DNA from: Magnetococcales bacterium DC0425bin3
GTDB lineage: Bacteria > Pseudomonadota > Magnetococcia > Magnetococcales > DC0425bin3
Direction: 5' to 3'
NCBI GenBank assembly: GCA_002753665.1
Contig: PEAP01000007.1
Coordinates: 529 to 64,528 of the forward strand
Length of the DNA stretch: 64,000 bases
The notes below the pieces were generated by a model, which saw nothing but the letters and a program-made list of their open reading frames with translations, searched no databases and was not told the origin of the DNA. Positions within the stretch are counted from its first letter, which is position 1. Every line of letters begins with the position of its first letter. Both the position numbers and the translations under genes were made by a program. Below are positions 9,879 to 20,083 of the stretch, one piece after another.

Positions 9879-10469
9879 ATGAAAGGGAGATTCCGGTATG
9901 GTTGGCCCGTGGGACTGGGCCTGTTTCTGGTGATCGCCGGGGGCTGTTCCGATCCAGAGAACAAGGCGCAATGGGAGTTCGAAGAAGTGGACGAGGGAGA
10001 CTTCGATGCCGCCTATGACGAACCGGGGGTTCCCCACGGGCTGTGGGGCAAGTTGACCCATCGGTTGCAGAAGGAGCGGGACGCCCTGAAAGCGGAGGAC
10101 AACACTTTTACCGGGCTGGTCTCCAAGGAAATCCTGTTGGGCGGAGAAGCCGATGTGGGCAGCCTGGACGCCGCAGGCCGTTCCCTGATGGGAAAGAATT
10201 CCGGGGAATTCGAGGACATGGCTGGTGCGTTGGGGTTGACTTCCGGCACGGGGTTGTCGGACGGCCAGCGTGCCCTGATGCGGGCCGCAGCCCAGGGGTT
10301 GGGGGTTTCCCGGGAGCGGGTGGAGGCGCTGGAAGGGAAATACGATGCGGCCCGGGAGGATGGCACCCTGACCTCCCGCATGGACGGGTTGGCGAAAAAA
10401 TACGATGCGGCCCGGGAATCAGGTGCCCTTGAGGGACTATTGGAAAAAAGGTTGGCCAATGACCGGTGA
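9879..10469 (+). CDS. predicted lipoprotein, function unknown
   Basis: Signal peptide with lipobox (LFLVIAGGC). Acidic, with an internal repeat (GKYDAAREDGTL / KKYDAARESGAL). Its end overlaps the bioD start by 11 nt. Confidence 0.6.
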   Translation: MKGRFRYGWPVGLGLFLVIAGGCSDPENKAQWEFEEVDEGDFDAAYDEPGVPHGLWGKLTHRLQKERDALKAEDNTFTGLVSKEILLGGEADVGSLDAAGRSLMGKNSGEFEDMAGALGLTSGTGLSDGQRALMRAAAQGLGVSRERVEALEGKYDAAREDGTLTSRMDGLAKKYDAARESGALEGLLEKRLANDR

Positions 10470-11106
10470 GCCCCGGGGGCTGTTCATCACTGGCACCGGC
10501 ACTGGAGTGGGCAAGTCGGTGGCGGCGGCTTGGCTGGTTCGGTCCCTGAAAGGCATCTACTGGAAGCCGGTCCAGTCCGGTCTGGAGGGCGAGACTGACA
10601 GCCAGATGGTGCGGCGGCTGGCCGGGCTGGAGGCCAGTGCCTGCTGTCCGTCCACCCATGTGTTCAAGAAACCCCGTTCTCCCCACGAGGCCGCCGCGGC
10701 CGAGGGGGTGACCATTGCCCTGGATGATTTCCACTGTCCTGCCGGGGCGGGGGTTCTGGTGGTGGAAGGGGCGGGGGGCGTCCTGGTGCCTCTCAACGAC
10801 CGGGACTGCATGGTGGACCTGATGGTGCGTCTGGCCCTGCCGGTGGTCCTGGTGGCTGGCACGGCCCTGGGAACCATCAACCATACCCTGCTCAGTCTGG
10901 AAGCATTGCGCGCTCGGAGGTTGCGGGTGGCCGGGGTGATCCTCAATGGCTCTGCCGATTTGGCCAACCGGGAGGCGATTCGCCACCATGGCCGGGTCGG
11001 CGTACTGGCGGAAATCCCTCCCATCGATCCCCTGACCGGCGCGGCCCTGGACCGGGAGGTGAGGGTCCATCCAGACTGGAAAAAGCGGCTGGAGGAGACC
11101 GGATGA
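10459..11106 (+). CDS. bioD: dethiobiotin synthetase
   Basis: MTGEPRGLFITGTGTGVGKS P-loop, then YWKPVQSG. Confidence 0.9.
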   Translation: MTGEPRGLFITGTGTGVGKSVAAAWLVRSLKGIYWKPVQSGLEGETDSQMVRRLAGLEASACCPSTHVFKKPRSPHEAAAAEGVTIALDDFHCPAGAGVLVVEGAGGVLVPLNDRDCMVDLMVRLALPVVLVAGTALGTINHTLLSLEALRARRLRVAGVILNGSADLANREAIRHHGRVGVLAEIPPIDPLTGAALDREVRVHPDWKKRLEETG

Positions 11107-12416
11107 GTCGGGGGAACGATCTGGCCAGCCTGGACCGGCGGCATGTCTGGCATCCTTTTACTCAAGAGAAGACCACTCCGTCGCCCATCCCGGTGGTGGC
11201 GGCGGAGGGGGCCACCCTGCATGGCGCGGATGGACGCAAATATCTGGACCTGATCAGTTCCTGGTGGGTGACCATCCATGGCCATACCCATCCGGCCATC
11301 GTTCGGGCCATCGCCGATCAGGCCGCCCGCCTGGAGCAGGTGATCTTCGCCGGTTTCACCCATGAACCGGCGGTGAGGCTGGCCAGCCGTCTGGCCGCCC
11401 GGCTGCCCGGCGGGCTCAGCCGCGTGTTTTTTTCCGATAACGGCTCAACCGCCGTGGAGGTGGCCCTCAAGATGGCCTGCCAGTACTGGCTCAACCGGGG
11501 GCAACGGCGATCCCGATTTCTGGCCTTCGAGGGGGGGTATCACGGCGATACGGTGGGGGCCATGTCCGCCGGACGGACCTCGGGATTTTTCGATGCCTTC
11601 GAGACCATGTTGTTCCATGTGGATATGCTGCCATACCCGGCCACCTGGATGGGCGACGGGGAGGTGGAGGACAAGGAGGCGGCGGTATTGACCGCCCTCA
11701 ACCGTTACCTGGACCGGAACGGGCCGGACTGCGCCGGCGTGATCATCGAACCCCTGGTCCAGGGAGCTTCCGGGATGCGTATGTGTCGGCCCGAGTTCCT
11801 GCGGGGGCTGGCGGCCAAACTCAAGCAGTCCGGGATTCCCTTGATCTTCGACGAGGTGATGACCGGATTCGGCCGCACCGGCGCTCTGTTCGCCTGTCAC
11901 AAGGCGGGGGTGGCACCGGATATCATCTGCCTGTCCAAGGGCTTGACCGGGGGCTTCATGCCCCTGTCGGTGACCGTATGCCGGGAGGAGATCTATCAGG
12001 CATTTCTGGGGGACGGTTTCGACCAGGCCTTTGCCCACGGCCATTCCTTCACCGCCAATCCCCTGGGTTGCGCCGCTGCCCTGGCGTCGCTGGAGCTGTT
12101 CGAGAAAGAGAAAACCCTGGCCCGGGTGGTGGCCATCGAACGGATCCATCGGGGACGGGTGCTGGAACTGATGAGCCATCCCCGGGTGCATCGCGGCCGC
12201 ATCCACGGCTCCATCGCCGCGGTGAATATCCGGGACGGGAAGGAGGAATATGCCTCCGAAACCAGCCAGCGTCTCAAGGCTTTTTTTCTGGAGAAGGGCC
12301 TGCTGATCCGCCCCCTGGGCAATGTGATCTATCTGCTGCCGCCCTACTGCATCACCGAAGCGGAACTCCATCGAGCCTGGAACGTCATCGAGGAAGGGTT
12401 GACCCTGGTGACATGA
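11103..12416 (+). CDS. bioA: adenosylmethionine-8-amino-7-oxononanoate aminotransferase
   Basis: 437 aa class-III aminotransferase. HVWHPFT, SSWWV..HGH, DEV.TGFGRTG, and CLSKGLTGG (PLP lysine). ATGA overlap with bioD. Confidence 0.95.
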   Translation: MSRGNDLASLDRRHVWHPFTQEKTTPSPIPVVAAEGATLHGADGRKYLDLISSWWVTIHGHTHPAIVRAIADQAARLEQVIFAGFTHEPAVRLASRLAARLPGGLSRVFFSDNGSTAVEVALKMACQYWLNRGQRRSRFLAFEGGYHGDTVGAMSAGRTSGFFDAFETMLFHVDMLPYPATWMGDGEVEDKEAAVLTALNRYLDRNGPDCAGVIIEPLVQGASGMRMCRPEFLRGLAAKLKQSGIPLIFDEVMTGFGRTGALFACHKAGVAPDIICLSKGLTGGFMPLSVTVCREEIYQAFLGDGFDQAFAHGHSFTANPLGCAAALASLELFEKEKTLARVVAIERIHRGRVLELMSHPRVHRGRIHGSIAAVNIRDGKEEYASETSQRLKAFFLEKGLLIRPLGNVIYLLPPYCITEAELHRAWNVIEEGLTLVT

Positions 12417-12422
12417 CCGCCT

Positions 12423-12938
12423 TCAATCACCGACCAGCTGGATCATGGCATTGGCCTGAATCAGTTTGTCCTTGAGTACATTGAGTTCCCGATCCATGGC
12501 ATCCAGCTCTCGGTGCGCCACGCTCAACCGATCGTATGCCTGGGCCAACTGCTCCCGCAGGGTGACCAGGGTATCGGCGGTGGGTTTGGTTTCGGTGTCC
12601 ACCTTGGTCTTGGTGGTAAAATATTCTCGCCGTTCGTTTTCGGTGGCGACTTCGGGGAAGTCCAGGGAGATGGACTGCACCCGGCGATACTTGTCCAGGG
12701 CCTGTTTGACGGGGGTGCGTTGATGGTCCAGGGTTCTCTCCATGCTGCGCACCGCGTTGTCCAACTCGAAGAACTGCTTCTGCAGTGGACGGATGGCCTC
12801 CTGTTTCAGTTTGAATTCCAGTTGCTTTTCCTTGATCTGGGCCGCGATGGCCTCGCTGGCGGGACTGGCCTGGGCCGATGTCTGGAACAGCACCGTGATC
12901 AAGAGGGCGAGCAGGACGAGAGAACGGAGGTGGGGCAT
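12423..12938 (-). CDS. secreted coiled-coil protein, function unknown
   Basis: Start chosen at MPHLRSLVLLALLITVLFQTSAQA (signal peptide). The rest is heptad-rich and charged. No family recognised. Confidence 0.5.
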   Translation of the reverse strand: MPHLRSLVLLALLITVLFQTSAQASPASEAIAAQIKEKQLEFKLKQEAIRPLQKQFFELDNAVRSMERTLDHQRTPVKQALDKYRRVQSISLDFPEVATENERREYFTTKTKVDTETKPTADTLVTLREQLAQAYDRLSVAHRELDAMDRELNVLKDKLIQANAMIQLVGD

Positions 12939-13216
12939 GGGCTGTGGCTCCATTTCCGGAAATTGAGGGTCGAACCCAAACATGTAAGCAAATTTCGTGC
13001 CTTGCAAAGGATGATGTGGTCCGGGCATGAATCTGTTAGACTGTTGGGTAGCCTTGCCGGCTAGCAGCTCGTTGATAAATGGGCTGCTAGCGGGGCAGGG
13101 ATGCCCCGCCGGAATCAACGGATTGGAAATTCGTTGATTCCGTGAGGGAACCGCAAGCTTTTCTTGTAGTTCCCGACGCTCTGATTAGGGAGCCGTGTGG
13201 AGGGAGCCACCGAACC

Positions 13217-13486
13217 ATGTCCATCGAAACCGTTCAGACCCTGGTCATCGACGCCCTCAAGCTGGCGCTGTTGATTTCGGCCCCCATGCTGCTGACCGCC
13301 CTGGTGGTGGGCATCACCATCTCTCTGCTCCAGGCGGTGACCCAGATCCAGGAAATGACCCTGACCTTCATCCCCAAGATCCTGGCCACCCTGTTCGCCC
13401 TGATGTTGACCCTTCCCTGGATGATCCAAAAGCTGGTGGACTACTTCCGCGGTCTGCTGGAGTCCATTCCCGACCTCATCGGTTGA
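13217..13486 (+). CDS. fliQ: flagellar export apparatus protein FliQ
   Basis: 89 aa. MSIETVQTLVIDALKLALLISAPMLL...QIQEMTLTFIPK is the typical FliQ sequence. Confidence 0.9.
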   Translation: MSIETVQTLVIDALKLALLISAPMLLTALVVGITISLLQAVTQIQEMTLTFIPKILATLFALMLTLPWMIQKLVDYFRGLLESIPDLIG

Positions 13487-13504
13487 CGCCGGAGGATCCT
13501 CCCG

Positions 13505-14299
13505 GTGGACCCCAATGCTCTGCTGGATTTCATGGGATTCTCCACGGGAGAGGTGGAGCGGATGCTCCTGATCCTCTCCCGCATCAGCGGAATTTTTCTG
13601 TCCGCGCCGTTCTTTTCCCGGGCGGTGGGACCCATGACGGTGCGCATGGCCCTGATCGTGGGCCTCACCTGGATTCTCTATCCCCTGGTGAAGCCCTGGG
13701 CGGGGGAGGGGCAAGGTCACCTGGGGGCCATCCTGTTGGCCGGGATGGGGGAGGTGGTGATCGGTGCGGTGATGGGCCTCCTGATCCATTGGGTGCTGGT
13801 GGCGGTGCAGGTGGCCGGCAGCATCATCGGCTTCGAGATGGGGCTTTCCATGGCCCAGGTGATGGATCCCACCTCGGGGATGGAGGAGAACGTCATCTCC
13901 AATCTGCTCTATTTCGCCGCCCTGATGATCTTCCTCGCCCTCGACGGCCATCACATGATGATCGAGGGCTTGGCCCGCTCCTTTGGCACCATGCCCCTGG
14001 GAGCCGGGATCCCTGCGGGAGAGACCCTGCTGCAGGCCGGGGTGTCCGCCCTGGTGCGGCTGTTCCAATTGGCCTTCCTCATGTCCGCTCCCATCGTTGT
14101 GGCCTCCAAATTGCTCTATCTGGGCCTGGGGTTGATCAACCGTGCCTCACCCCAGATCCAGGTCTTTTTCGTCGCCATGCCTCTGGTCCAGATCATGGGC
14201 TTCGTCATCATGGGGTTGACCCTGTCGGTCTTCTCCGATGTGCTGGCCCGGGAGATCCAGGCCTTCTTCGCCATGGCATTCAGGACGATGGGAATGTAG
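13505..14299 (+). CDS. fliR: flagellar export apparatus protein FliR
   Basis: 264 aa polytopic membrane protein with a FliR-like N-terminus (LLILSRISGIFLSAPFF). Sits between fliQ and flhB. Confidence 0.9.
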   Translation: MDPNALLDFMGFSTGEVERMLLILSRISGIFLSAPFFSRAVGPMTVRMALIVGLTWILYPLVKPWAGEGQGHLGAILLAGMGEVVIGAVMGLLIHWVLVAVQVAGSIIGFEMGLSMAQVMDPTSGMEENVISNLLYFAALMIFLALDGHHMMIEGLARSFGTMPLGAGIPAGETLLQAGVSALVRLFQLAFLMSAPIVVASKLLYLGLGLINRASPQIQVFFVAMPLVQIMGFVIMGLTLSVFSDVLAREIQAFFAMAFRTMGM

Positions 14300-14314
14300 G
14301 AAACAGGGATTGTC

Positions 14315-15388
14315 ATGGCCGAAGACACAGACCAGGAGTCAAAAACAGAACAGCCGTCGTCAAAGCGACTGCAGGACGCCCGCAACAAGGGACAGGTTCC
14401 CAATTCCCGGGAGGTTCCCACGGCCCTGCTATTCCTGGCTTCCCTGCCCCTGTTCTTCTTCCAGGGGCCGAAGCTGTGGGGACAGTTGCAGGGGGAGATG
14501 CGTTTCCTGCTGGGCGAGGCGATCAGCCATGACCTGACTCCGGTGGGGGTGGCGACCATGGTTCGGGACATCCTGACCCTGATGTTGCTGGATCTGGCCC
14601 CGTTTTTCGGAGTGTTCCTGGTCGTTGGCCTGCTGGCCTCCCTTGTCCAGCATGGTTGGCTGTTCACCCTGGAACCCCTGGCCCCCAATTTCTCCAAGAT
14701 CAGTCCCCTCAAGGGGTTCAAAAGGCTGTTTTCCTCCCGCTCCCTGATGGAAATGGTCAAGTCGGTGCTGAAGATGACTGTGGTGGGGGTGGCGGTCTAT
14801 CTGGGGGTGCGCAACCACGTCAACACCGTGGTGGGGCTTTCTGCCACCAGTGTGGGCAGCGTGCTGATGGTCCTGACCTCGGTGGTGTTCGAGATCCTTT
14901 GGCGGGTGGCCCTGGCCTTCCTGGTACTGGCCATCCTCGATTTTTCCTACCAGAAATTCGAACACCTCAAAGGGTTGCGCATGACCAAGCAGGAGGTCAA
15001 GGACGAGCTGAAACAAACCGAAGGTGACCCCCTGCTCAAGGGCCGTATCCGCCAGATCCAGCGGGAGATGGCCCAGCGGCGCATGATGCAGGAGGTGCCC
15101 AAGGCCGATGTGGTGATCACCAACCCCACCCATTACTCGGTGGCGTTGCGCTACGTCCCGGGGGAAATGCAGGCGCCCAGGGTGGTGGCCAAGGGCGTGG
15201 ACGCCGTGGCGGCCCGCATCCGGGAAGTGGCCAAGGAACACAAGGTGCCCCTGGTGGAAAATCCGCCCCTGGCCCGCACCCTCTTCCGGGACGTGGATCT
15301 GGAGCAATCCATCCCGCCCGATCTCTTCAAGGCGGTAGCCGAAGTCCTGGCCTATGTCTTCTCCCTCAAAAAAGCCCGGGGACGGTGA
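14315..15388 (+). CDS. flhB: flagellar export switch protein FlhB
   Basis: MAEDTDQESKTEQPSSKRLQDARNKGQVP.SREV N-terminus. The NPTH autocleavage motif is present (VVITNPTHYSVAL). Confidence 0.95.
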   Translation: MAEDTDQESKTEQPSSKRLQDARNKGQVPNSREVPTALLFLASLPLFFFQGPKLWGQLQGEMRFLLGEAISHDLTPVGVATMVRDILTLMLLDLAPFFGVFLVVGLLASLVQHGWLFTLEPLAPNFSKISPLKGFKRLFSSRSLMEMVKSVLKMTVVGVAVYLGVRNHVNTVVGLSATSVGSVLMVLTSVVFEILWRVALAFLVLAILDFSYQKFEHLKGLRMTKQEVKDELKQTEGDPLLKGRIRQIQREMAQRRMMQEVPKADVVITNPTHYSVALRYVPGEMQAPRVVAKGVDAVAARIREVAKEHKVPLVENPPLARTLFRDVDLEQSIPPDLFKAVAEVLAYVFSLKKARGR

Positions 15389-15444
15389 GTCTTTGCCCGG
15401 TTTTTCCTCCTGGACCGAGACCCGGAGACGGGTAATCCATTGAG

Positions 15445-15888
15445 ATGGACGATGCTCGCGTTTACGATCTGGCCCTCCGGTGTCTGGCCCTGCGTCCCCA
15501 CGGCGTGGTGGAACTGGGCCGCAAGCTGCGGGCCAAGGGGGCTTCGCCCGCGGCGGTGGCGGAGGCCCTGGAACGCTGCCAGGCCTCGGGCTGTCTGAAC
15601 GATGCCGCGTTCGCCGAATCCCTGGCCCGCAACCGTCTGTTGGATCGTCGCTACGGCCCGGGACGGGTGCGGCTGGAGCTGCGTTCCCTGGAGGTGGCCG
15701 CGGAGCTGGCCGAGGCGGCTCTGGACCGGTTGTTGGCCGAAACCGATGCGATTGCCCTGGCCCGGAGTGCCTTGGAGAAACGGTTCGGATCCGCTCCGGC
15801 ACAGGATACGAAGTCACTGAAAAAACGGTACGATTACTTGATGCGGCGGGGCTTCGACGCGGATACCATCCGCCAGGTGCTGCGCTGA
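15445..15888 (+). CDS. recX: recombination regulator RecX
   Basis: 147 aa helical repeat protein with RecX-like motifs (LRCLALRPHGVVELGRKL, CLNDAAFAESLARNRL). Lies upstream of alaS, as is common. Confidence 0.85.
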   Translation: MDDARVYDLALRCLALRPHGVVELGRKLRAKGASPAAVAEALERCQASGCLNDAAFAESLARNRLLDRRYGPGRVRLELRSLEVAAELAEAALDRLLAETDAIALARSALEKRFGSAPAQDTKSLKKRYDYLMRRGFDADTIRQVLR

Positions 15889-15914
15889 CCCGATGGTCGG
15901 AGGATGCAGTGGGC

Positions 15915-18554
15915 ATGACAGGAAACGAAATCCGCAAACGCTTCGTGACGTTCTTCCAGGAACGCGACCATCGGCACCTTCCCTCCGCCAGCCTGATCCC
16001 TGGCAACGATCCCACCCTGCTGTTCACCAATGCCGGAATGGTGCCCTTCAAGAGCCTGTTCCTGGGCGAGGAGCGTCGGGACTACCGGCGGGCGGTCACG
16101 GTCCAGAAATGTGTGCGGGCCGGGGGCAAGCACAACGATCTGGAAAACGTGGGGCGCACCGCCCGCCACCACACCTTTTTCGAAATGCTGGGCAATTTTT
16201 CCTTCGGGGACTACTTCAAGACCGGGGCAATTCCCATGGCCTGGGAATTCGTCACCCGGGAACTGGGATTGCCCCCGGAGCGGTTGCTGGTGACCGTCTA
16301 CGCCGAGGATGACGAAGCCTATGATATCTGGCGGCAGACGGTGGGACTGCCGGCGGAGAAGGTGATCCGCATCCCCACCAGCGACAATTTCTGGTCCATG
16401 GGCGAAACCGGTCCCTGTGGTCCCTGCTCGGAAATCTTCTACGACTACGGCCCGGAGATTCCCGGGGGCCCGCCCGGCTCCGAGAATCAGGATGGCGACC
16501 GCTTCGTGGAGATCTGGAACCTGGTCTTCATGCAGTACGACCGGGACGCGGCCGGCAACCTGGCCCCCCTGCCCAATCCCTGCATCGATACCGGCGCCGG
16601 GTTGGAACGCATGGCGGCGGTGGTCCAGGGCAAGACCAGCAACTTCGACACCGATTTTTTCCAGCCGCTGATCCGGGCCGCCGCACGCCAGTGTGGCCTG
16701 CGGTTCGAGGACTGTGACGAATCCCGGCGGGTCTCCCTGCGGGTGATCGCCGATCATCTGCGGGCCACCGGTTTTCTCATCGCCGATGGGGTGCTGCCCT
16801 CCAACGAGGGGCGGGGGTATGTCCTGCGCCGCATCATGCGGCGGGCCATGCGCCATGGGCGCTTGCTGGGGCTGGAACGGCCCTTCATGCACGAGTTGGT
16901 CGAATCCCTGGTATCCACCATGGGGGAGACCTATCCGGAGTTGATCGGCCAGCAGGAGACCGTGGTTCGGGTGGTGGAAAACGAGGAACGGCGTTTCGCC
17001 ACCACCCTGGGTTCCGGCCTCAAGCTGCTGGAAGAGGCTCTGGCCGGGTTGCAGCCCGGGGCGGTGCTGGACGGCAAGGCGGTCTTCACTCTCTACGACA
17101 CCTACGGCTTTCCCGTGGACCTCACCGCCGACATCGCCCGGGATCGGGGGATTGCCTTGGATCAGGAAGGCTTCGAACGCCACATGGCGGAACAGAAGGC
17201 CCGGGCCCGGGCCGCCTGGGTGGGCTCCGGTGAGGAACGGGTGGCGGGCCTCTACCATGAGATGCGGGAGGCCTGCGGCGCCACCGAATTCCTCGGCTAC
17301 GGCACCGAAACCGCCCAGGGGGTGGTCCAGGCCCTCGTGGTGGATGGCGTCCGGGTATCGCGCCTGGAGGCTGGCACCGAGGGGCGGGTGATCGTCAACC
17401 AGACGCCGTTCTACGGCGAGTCGGGCGGTCAGGTGGGCGACAGCGGCACGTTGACTACCCCCACCGGGGCGGTCTTTCGGGTCGGCGACTGCCAGAAACC
17501 TCTGGCGGATCTCTTTGTCCATCATGGACGCCTGGAACAGGGCTTCCTGGCCGAGGGGGATCCGGTGATCCTGGTGGTGGATCCGGTCCGACGGGGGCGC
17601 ATCCGCATGCATCACTCCGCCACCCATCTGCTGCACCGTGCCTTGCGGTTGACCCTTGGGGAACACATCAAGCAGGCTGGATCCCTGGTGGGGCCCGAGC
17701 GGTTGCGATTCGATTTTTCCCATTTCCAGGCCCTCACCCCCGAGGAGCTGGAGCGGGTGGAGGGAGCAGTCAATCAGGCCATTTGGGCCAACGTGGTCCA
17801 GCAGACCCGGGTGATGACCCCCGACGAAGCAGTGGCCGAGGGGGCCATGGCCCTGTTCGGGGAGAAGTATGGCGAGGCGGTGCGGGTGGTCCGCATCGGC
17901 GACAGCATGGAATTGTGCGGAGGCACACATGTGGCGCGCTCCGGGGACATTGGCCTGTTGCGCATCGTGGCCGAAGGCGCCGTGGCCGCCGGGGTGCGGC
18001 GCATCGAGGGGGTGTGCGGTCCGGTGGCCCGGGAGAGCTACCAACGGGACGGCCAGACCCTCAAGCGGGCCGCCGGTCTGCTCAGAATTGCCCCCGGACA
18101 GGTGGTCGAAGGCATCGAACGGCTGCTGAATCGGCAGAAGGAACTGGAAAAAGAGCTGGGGAAAGCCCGCTCCGCCATGTCCGGCAATCTGGTGGACGAC
18201 CTGCTCGCCCGGGTTCGGGAGGTGGTCGGAATCCCCCTGCTGGTGGAACGTCTGGAGGGCGTGGAATCCAAGGGTCTGCGGGAACTTCTTGATCGGCTGA
18301 AGGACCGAATGGGTTCGGGCGTGGTCCTGCTTGGGGTTCCGGCGGAGGGCAGGGTTTCCCTCATCGCCGGGGTGACCCAGGACCTCACCGGCCGGGTCAA
18401 GGCCGGGGATCTGATCCGCTTCGTATCCTCCAGGGTGGGGGGCAAGGGCGGGGGCCGGTCCGACATGGCCCAGGGTGGGGGCACCCGGCCCGAGGCTTTG
18501 AACGATGCCCTGAACGCCGTACCGGCCTGGATCAGGGACCAGGTCGGCCATTGA
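15915..18554 (+). CDS. alaS: alanine-tRNA ligase
   Basis: 879 aa from MTGNEIRKRFVTFFQERDH. FTNAGM, HHTFFEMLGNFSFGDYFK, the editing-domain HSATHLL motif and CGGTHV. Confidence 0.97.
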   Translation: MTGNEIRKRFVTFFQERDHRHLPSASLIPGNDPTLLFTNAGMVPFKSLFLGEERRDYRRAVTVQKCVRAGGKHNDLENVGRTARHHTFFEMLGNFSFGDYFKTGAIPMAWEFVTRELGLPPERLLVTVYAEDDEAYDIWRQTVGLPAEKVIRIPTSDNFWSMGETGPCGPCSEIFYDYGPEIPGGPPGSENQDGDRFVEIWNLVFMQYDRDAAGNLAPLPNPCIDTGAGLERMAAVVQGKTSNFDTDFFQPLIRAAARQCGLRFEDCDESRRVSLRVIADHLRATGFLIADGVLPSNEGRGYVLRRIMRRAMRHGRLLGLERPFMHELVESLVSTMGETYPELIGQQETVVRVVENEERRFATTLGSGLKLLEEALAGLQPGAVLDGKAVFTLYDTYGFPVDLTADIARDRGIALDQEGFERHMAEQKARARAAWVGSGEERVAGLYHEMREACGATEFLGYGTETAQGVVQALVVDGVRVSRLEAGTEGRVIVNQTPFYGESGGQVGDSGTLTTPTGAVFRVGDCQKPLADLFVHHGRLEQGFLAEGDPVILVVDPVRRGRIRMHHSATHLLHRALRLTLGEHIKQAGSLVGPERLRFDFSHFQALTPEELERVEGAVNQAIWANVVQQTRVMTPDEAVAEGAMALFGEKYGEAVRVVRIGDSMELCGGTHVARSGDIGLLRIVAEGAVAAGVRRIEGVCGPVARESYQRDGQTLKRAAGLLRIAPGQVVEGIERLLNRQKELEKELGKARSAMSGNLVDDLLARVREVVGIPLLVERLEGVESKGLRELLDRLKDRMGSGVVLLGVPAEGRVSLIAGVTQDLTGRVKAGDLIRFVSSRVGGKGGGRSDMAQGGGTRPEALNDALNAVPAWIRDQVGH

Positions 18555-18582
18555 ACCGGATGTCGGACCAGGAGGGTTTCAG

Positions 18583-18870
18583 ATGACGCCAGCAGACGCG
18601 AAAAAAAAATGTCCCCACTGCAACGACACGTTGAAGACATTGCAGGTTCCCCCCAGCAATTTTTCCGATGGTCTGGGATTCGGTTCCGAGCTGCTGCTGG
18701 TCTGCTTCAACAACGAGTGCCCCCTCTACGTCAAAGGCTGGAACACCATGTATGACCGCTACGGCCAAGTGGGTTCCATGCGCTACTGGCTCAATCCCCT
18801 GGATGGGGATTCCGGCGCTTTTCCCGTGGCCCACAAGGAGGCCATGCGCGGCGATATCATCGAGGATTGA
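18583..18870 (+). CDS. small Cys-rich (zinc-ribbon-like) protein, function unknown
   Basis: 95 aa with CPHC...CFNNEC cysteine pairs. Gene-like codon usage. Confidence 0.5.
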   Translation: MTPADAKKKCPHCNDTLKTLQVPPSNFSDGLGFGSELLLVCFNNECPLYVKGWNTMYDRYGQVGSMRYWLNPLDGDSGAFPVAHKEAMRGDIIED

Positions 18871-18885
18871 CGGGCAGCAGCGGCG

Positions 18886-18940
18886 TCCGCCTTCCATCGA
18901 TGGACGGGTGGAGGGAGCCTTCCCCCATCCATTGAAGTCA
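18886..18940. repeat. REP-like element, half copy (R2)
   Basis: CCATCGATGG palindrome followed by GGGTGGAGGGAGCCTTCCCCCATCCAT. Lies between convergent genes. Confidence 0.7.
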
Positions 18941-20083
18941 CAGCAACCGGAGGAGGATGCTGTCGGTCAAGGCAATCCCCCTGGGAGTCAGCGCCAGGCG
19001 GTTCCGGGTCAGGATCGCCAGGCCTTCCGCCACCAGCAGGGCCAGCTCGGCCTGTTTCAGCACCGTGATATCCTCACCCGCCAGCCGGGCATGGCGGCTC
19101 CGGTCCAGACCGACGGTCTGCCGCAGTCCCATCATCAGGCATTCCGCCGCCGCTTCCTGGCGGGGCAGGATCCGGTCCGTGATCCAGGGGGACCCCCCGC
19201 CTTCCAGCCGGGCCAGATAATCCTCCACCTCCACCGTTCCTTCGGTTCGGCGGATGGTGCCGTCCGGTGCGGTCAATTTGCCATGGGCGGCGCAGCCAAC
19301 TCCCAGGTAATCCCCGAATTCCCAATAGTTGCGATTGTGGGCGCAGGTGTATCCCGGCCGGGAGAAATTGCTGATTTCGTAGGGCATCCAACCCTGACCA
19401 GCCAGGATCTCCCGGGTTAGCTCGAACAGGGCCAGCCCGATCTCGCCCATTACCGGTTCCCCGGGATGCTGTTGGGCGAATGGGGTGCCGGGTTCGAGGG
19501 TGAGGCTGTAGCAGGAGAGATGGTCCGGCCCCCAGGCCATGGCCTCGGCCAGTTCCCGGCGCCAGAGGTTCGGACTGTGCCCCGGGGTGGCATAAATCAG
19601 GTCCAGGCCGATGTTGTCGAAGCCTGCCGCCCGGGCGGCCAGGAAGGCCCGCTGTGCCCCTGCCACATCGTGAATTCGTCCCAGCAGCGCCAGCCGGTCC
19701 CGATCCAGGGCCTGCACGCCCAGACTCAACCGGTTGACCCCCGCCGCCTGGTAGCCGGCCAGCCGGTCCGGGCTGACCGACTCCGGATTGGCTTCCAAGG
19801 TGATCTCGCAGTCCGGTTCCAGGGACCAGCGGTCGCGGATGGCCGTCAGGAGGGTGTCGATGGCCCCGGGGGAAAAGCGCGATGGGGTACCGCCGCCGAA
19901 AAACAGGCTGTGCAGGGGACGGTCATCCAGGTCGGCACGGGCCCGCCAGAGGTCCAACTCCTGAATGACTGCCCGGACGTAGCGGGCTTCGGGAACCGGG
20001 TTGGTCTCCCGGGAGTGGAAGTCGCAATAGGGGCACTTGCGGGTGCAAAAGGGGATGTGAAGATACAGGGCGAGGGGTGTCAT
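18938..20083 (-). CDS. hemW: radical SAM heme chaperone HemW (HemN-like, oxygen-independent coproporphyrinogen oxidase family)
   Basis: 381 aa from [22 protein letters not shown] (CxxxCxxC). Its start overlaps the rph stop. Confidence 0.88.
   Translation of the reverse strand: MTPLALYLHIPFCTRKCPYCDFHSRETNPVPEARYVRAVIQELDLWRARADLDDRPLHSLFFGGGTPSRFSPGAIDTLLTAIRDRWSLEPDCEITLEANPESVSPDRLAGYQAAGVNRLSLGVQALDRDRLALLGRIHDVAGAQRAFLAARAAGFDNIGLDLIYATPGHSPNLWRRELAEAMAWGPDHLSCYSLTLEPGTPFAQQHPGEPVMGEIGLALFELTREILAGQGWMPYEISNFSRPGYTCAHNRNYWEFGDYLGVGCAAHGKLTAPDGTIRRTEGTVEVEDYLARLEGGGSPWITDRILPRQEAAAECLMMGLRQTVGLDRSRHARLAGEDITVLKQAELALLVAEGLAILTRNRLALTPRGIALTDSILLRLL

Noticed and set aside
13126-13141. Sigma54-like sequences upstream of fliQ (TGGAAATTCGTTGATT) and upstream of fliJ (36340-36375: TGGCGCAAGGATGCG and CGGAATCGATTGTTGCA).
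   Set aside because: The -12 GC is either missing (TTGA) or displaced by one nucleotide (GG-N9-GC or GG-N11-GC). The evidence is not strong enough to call.
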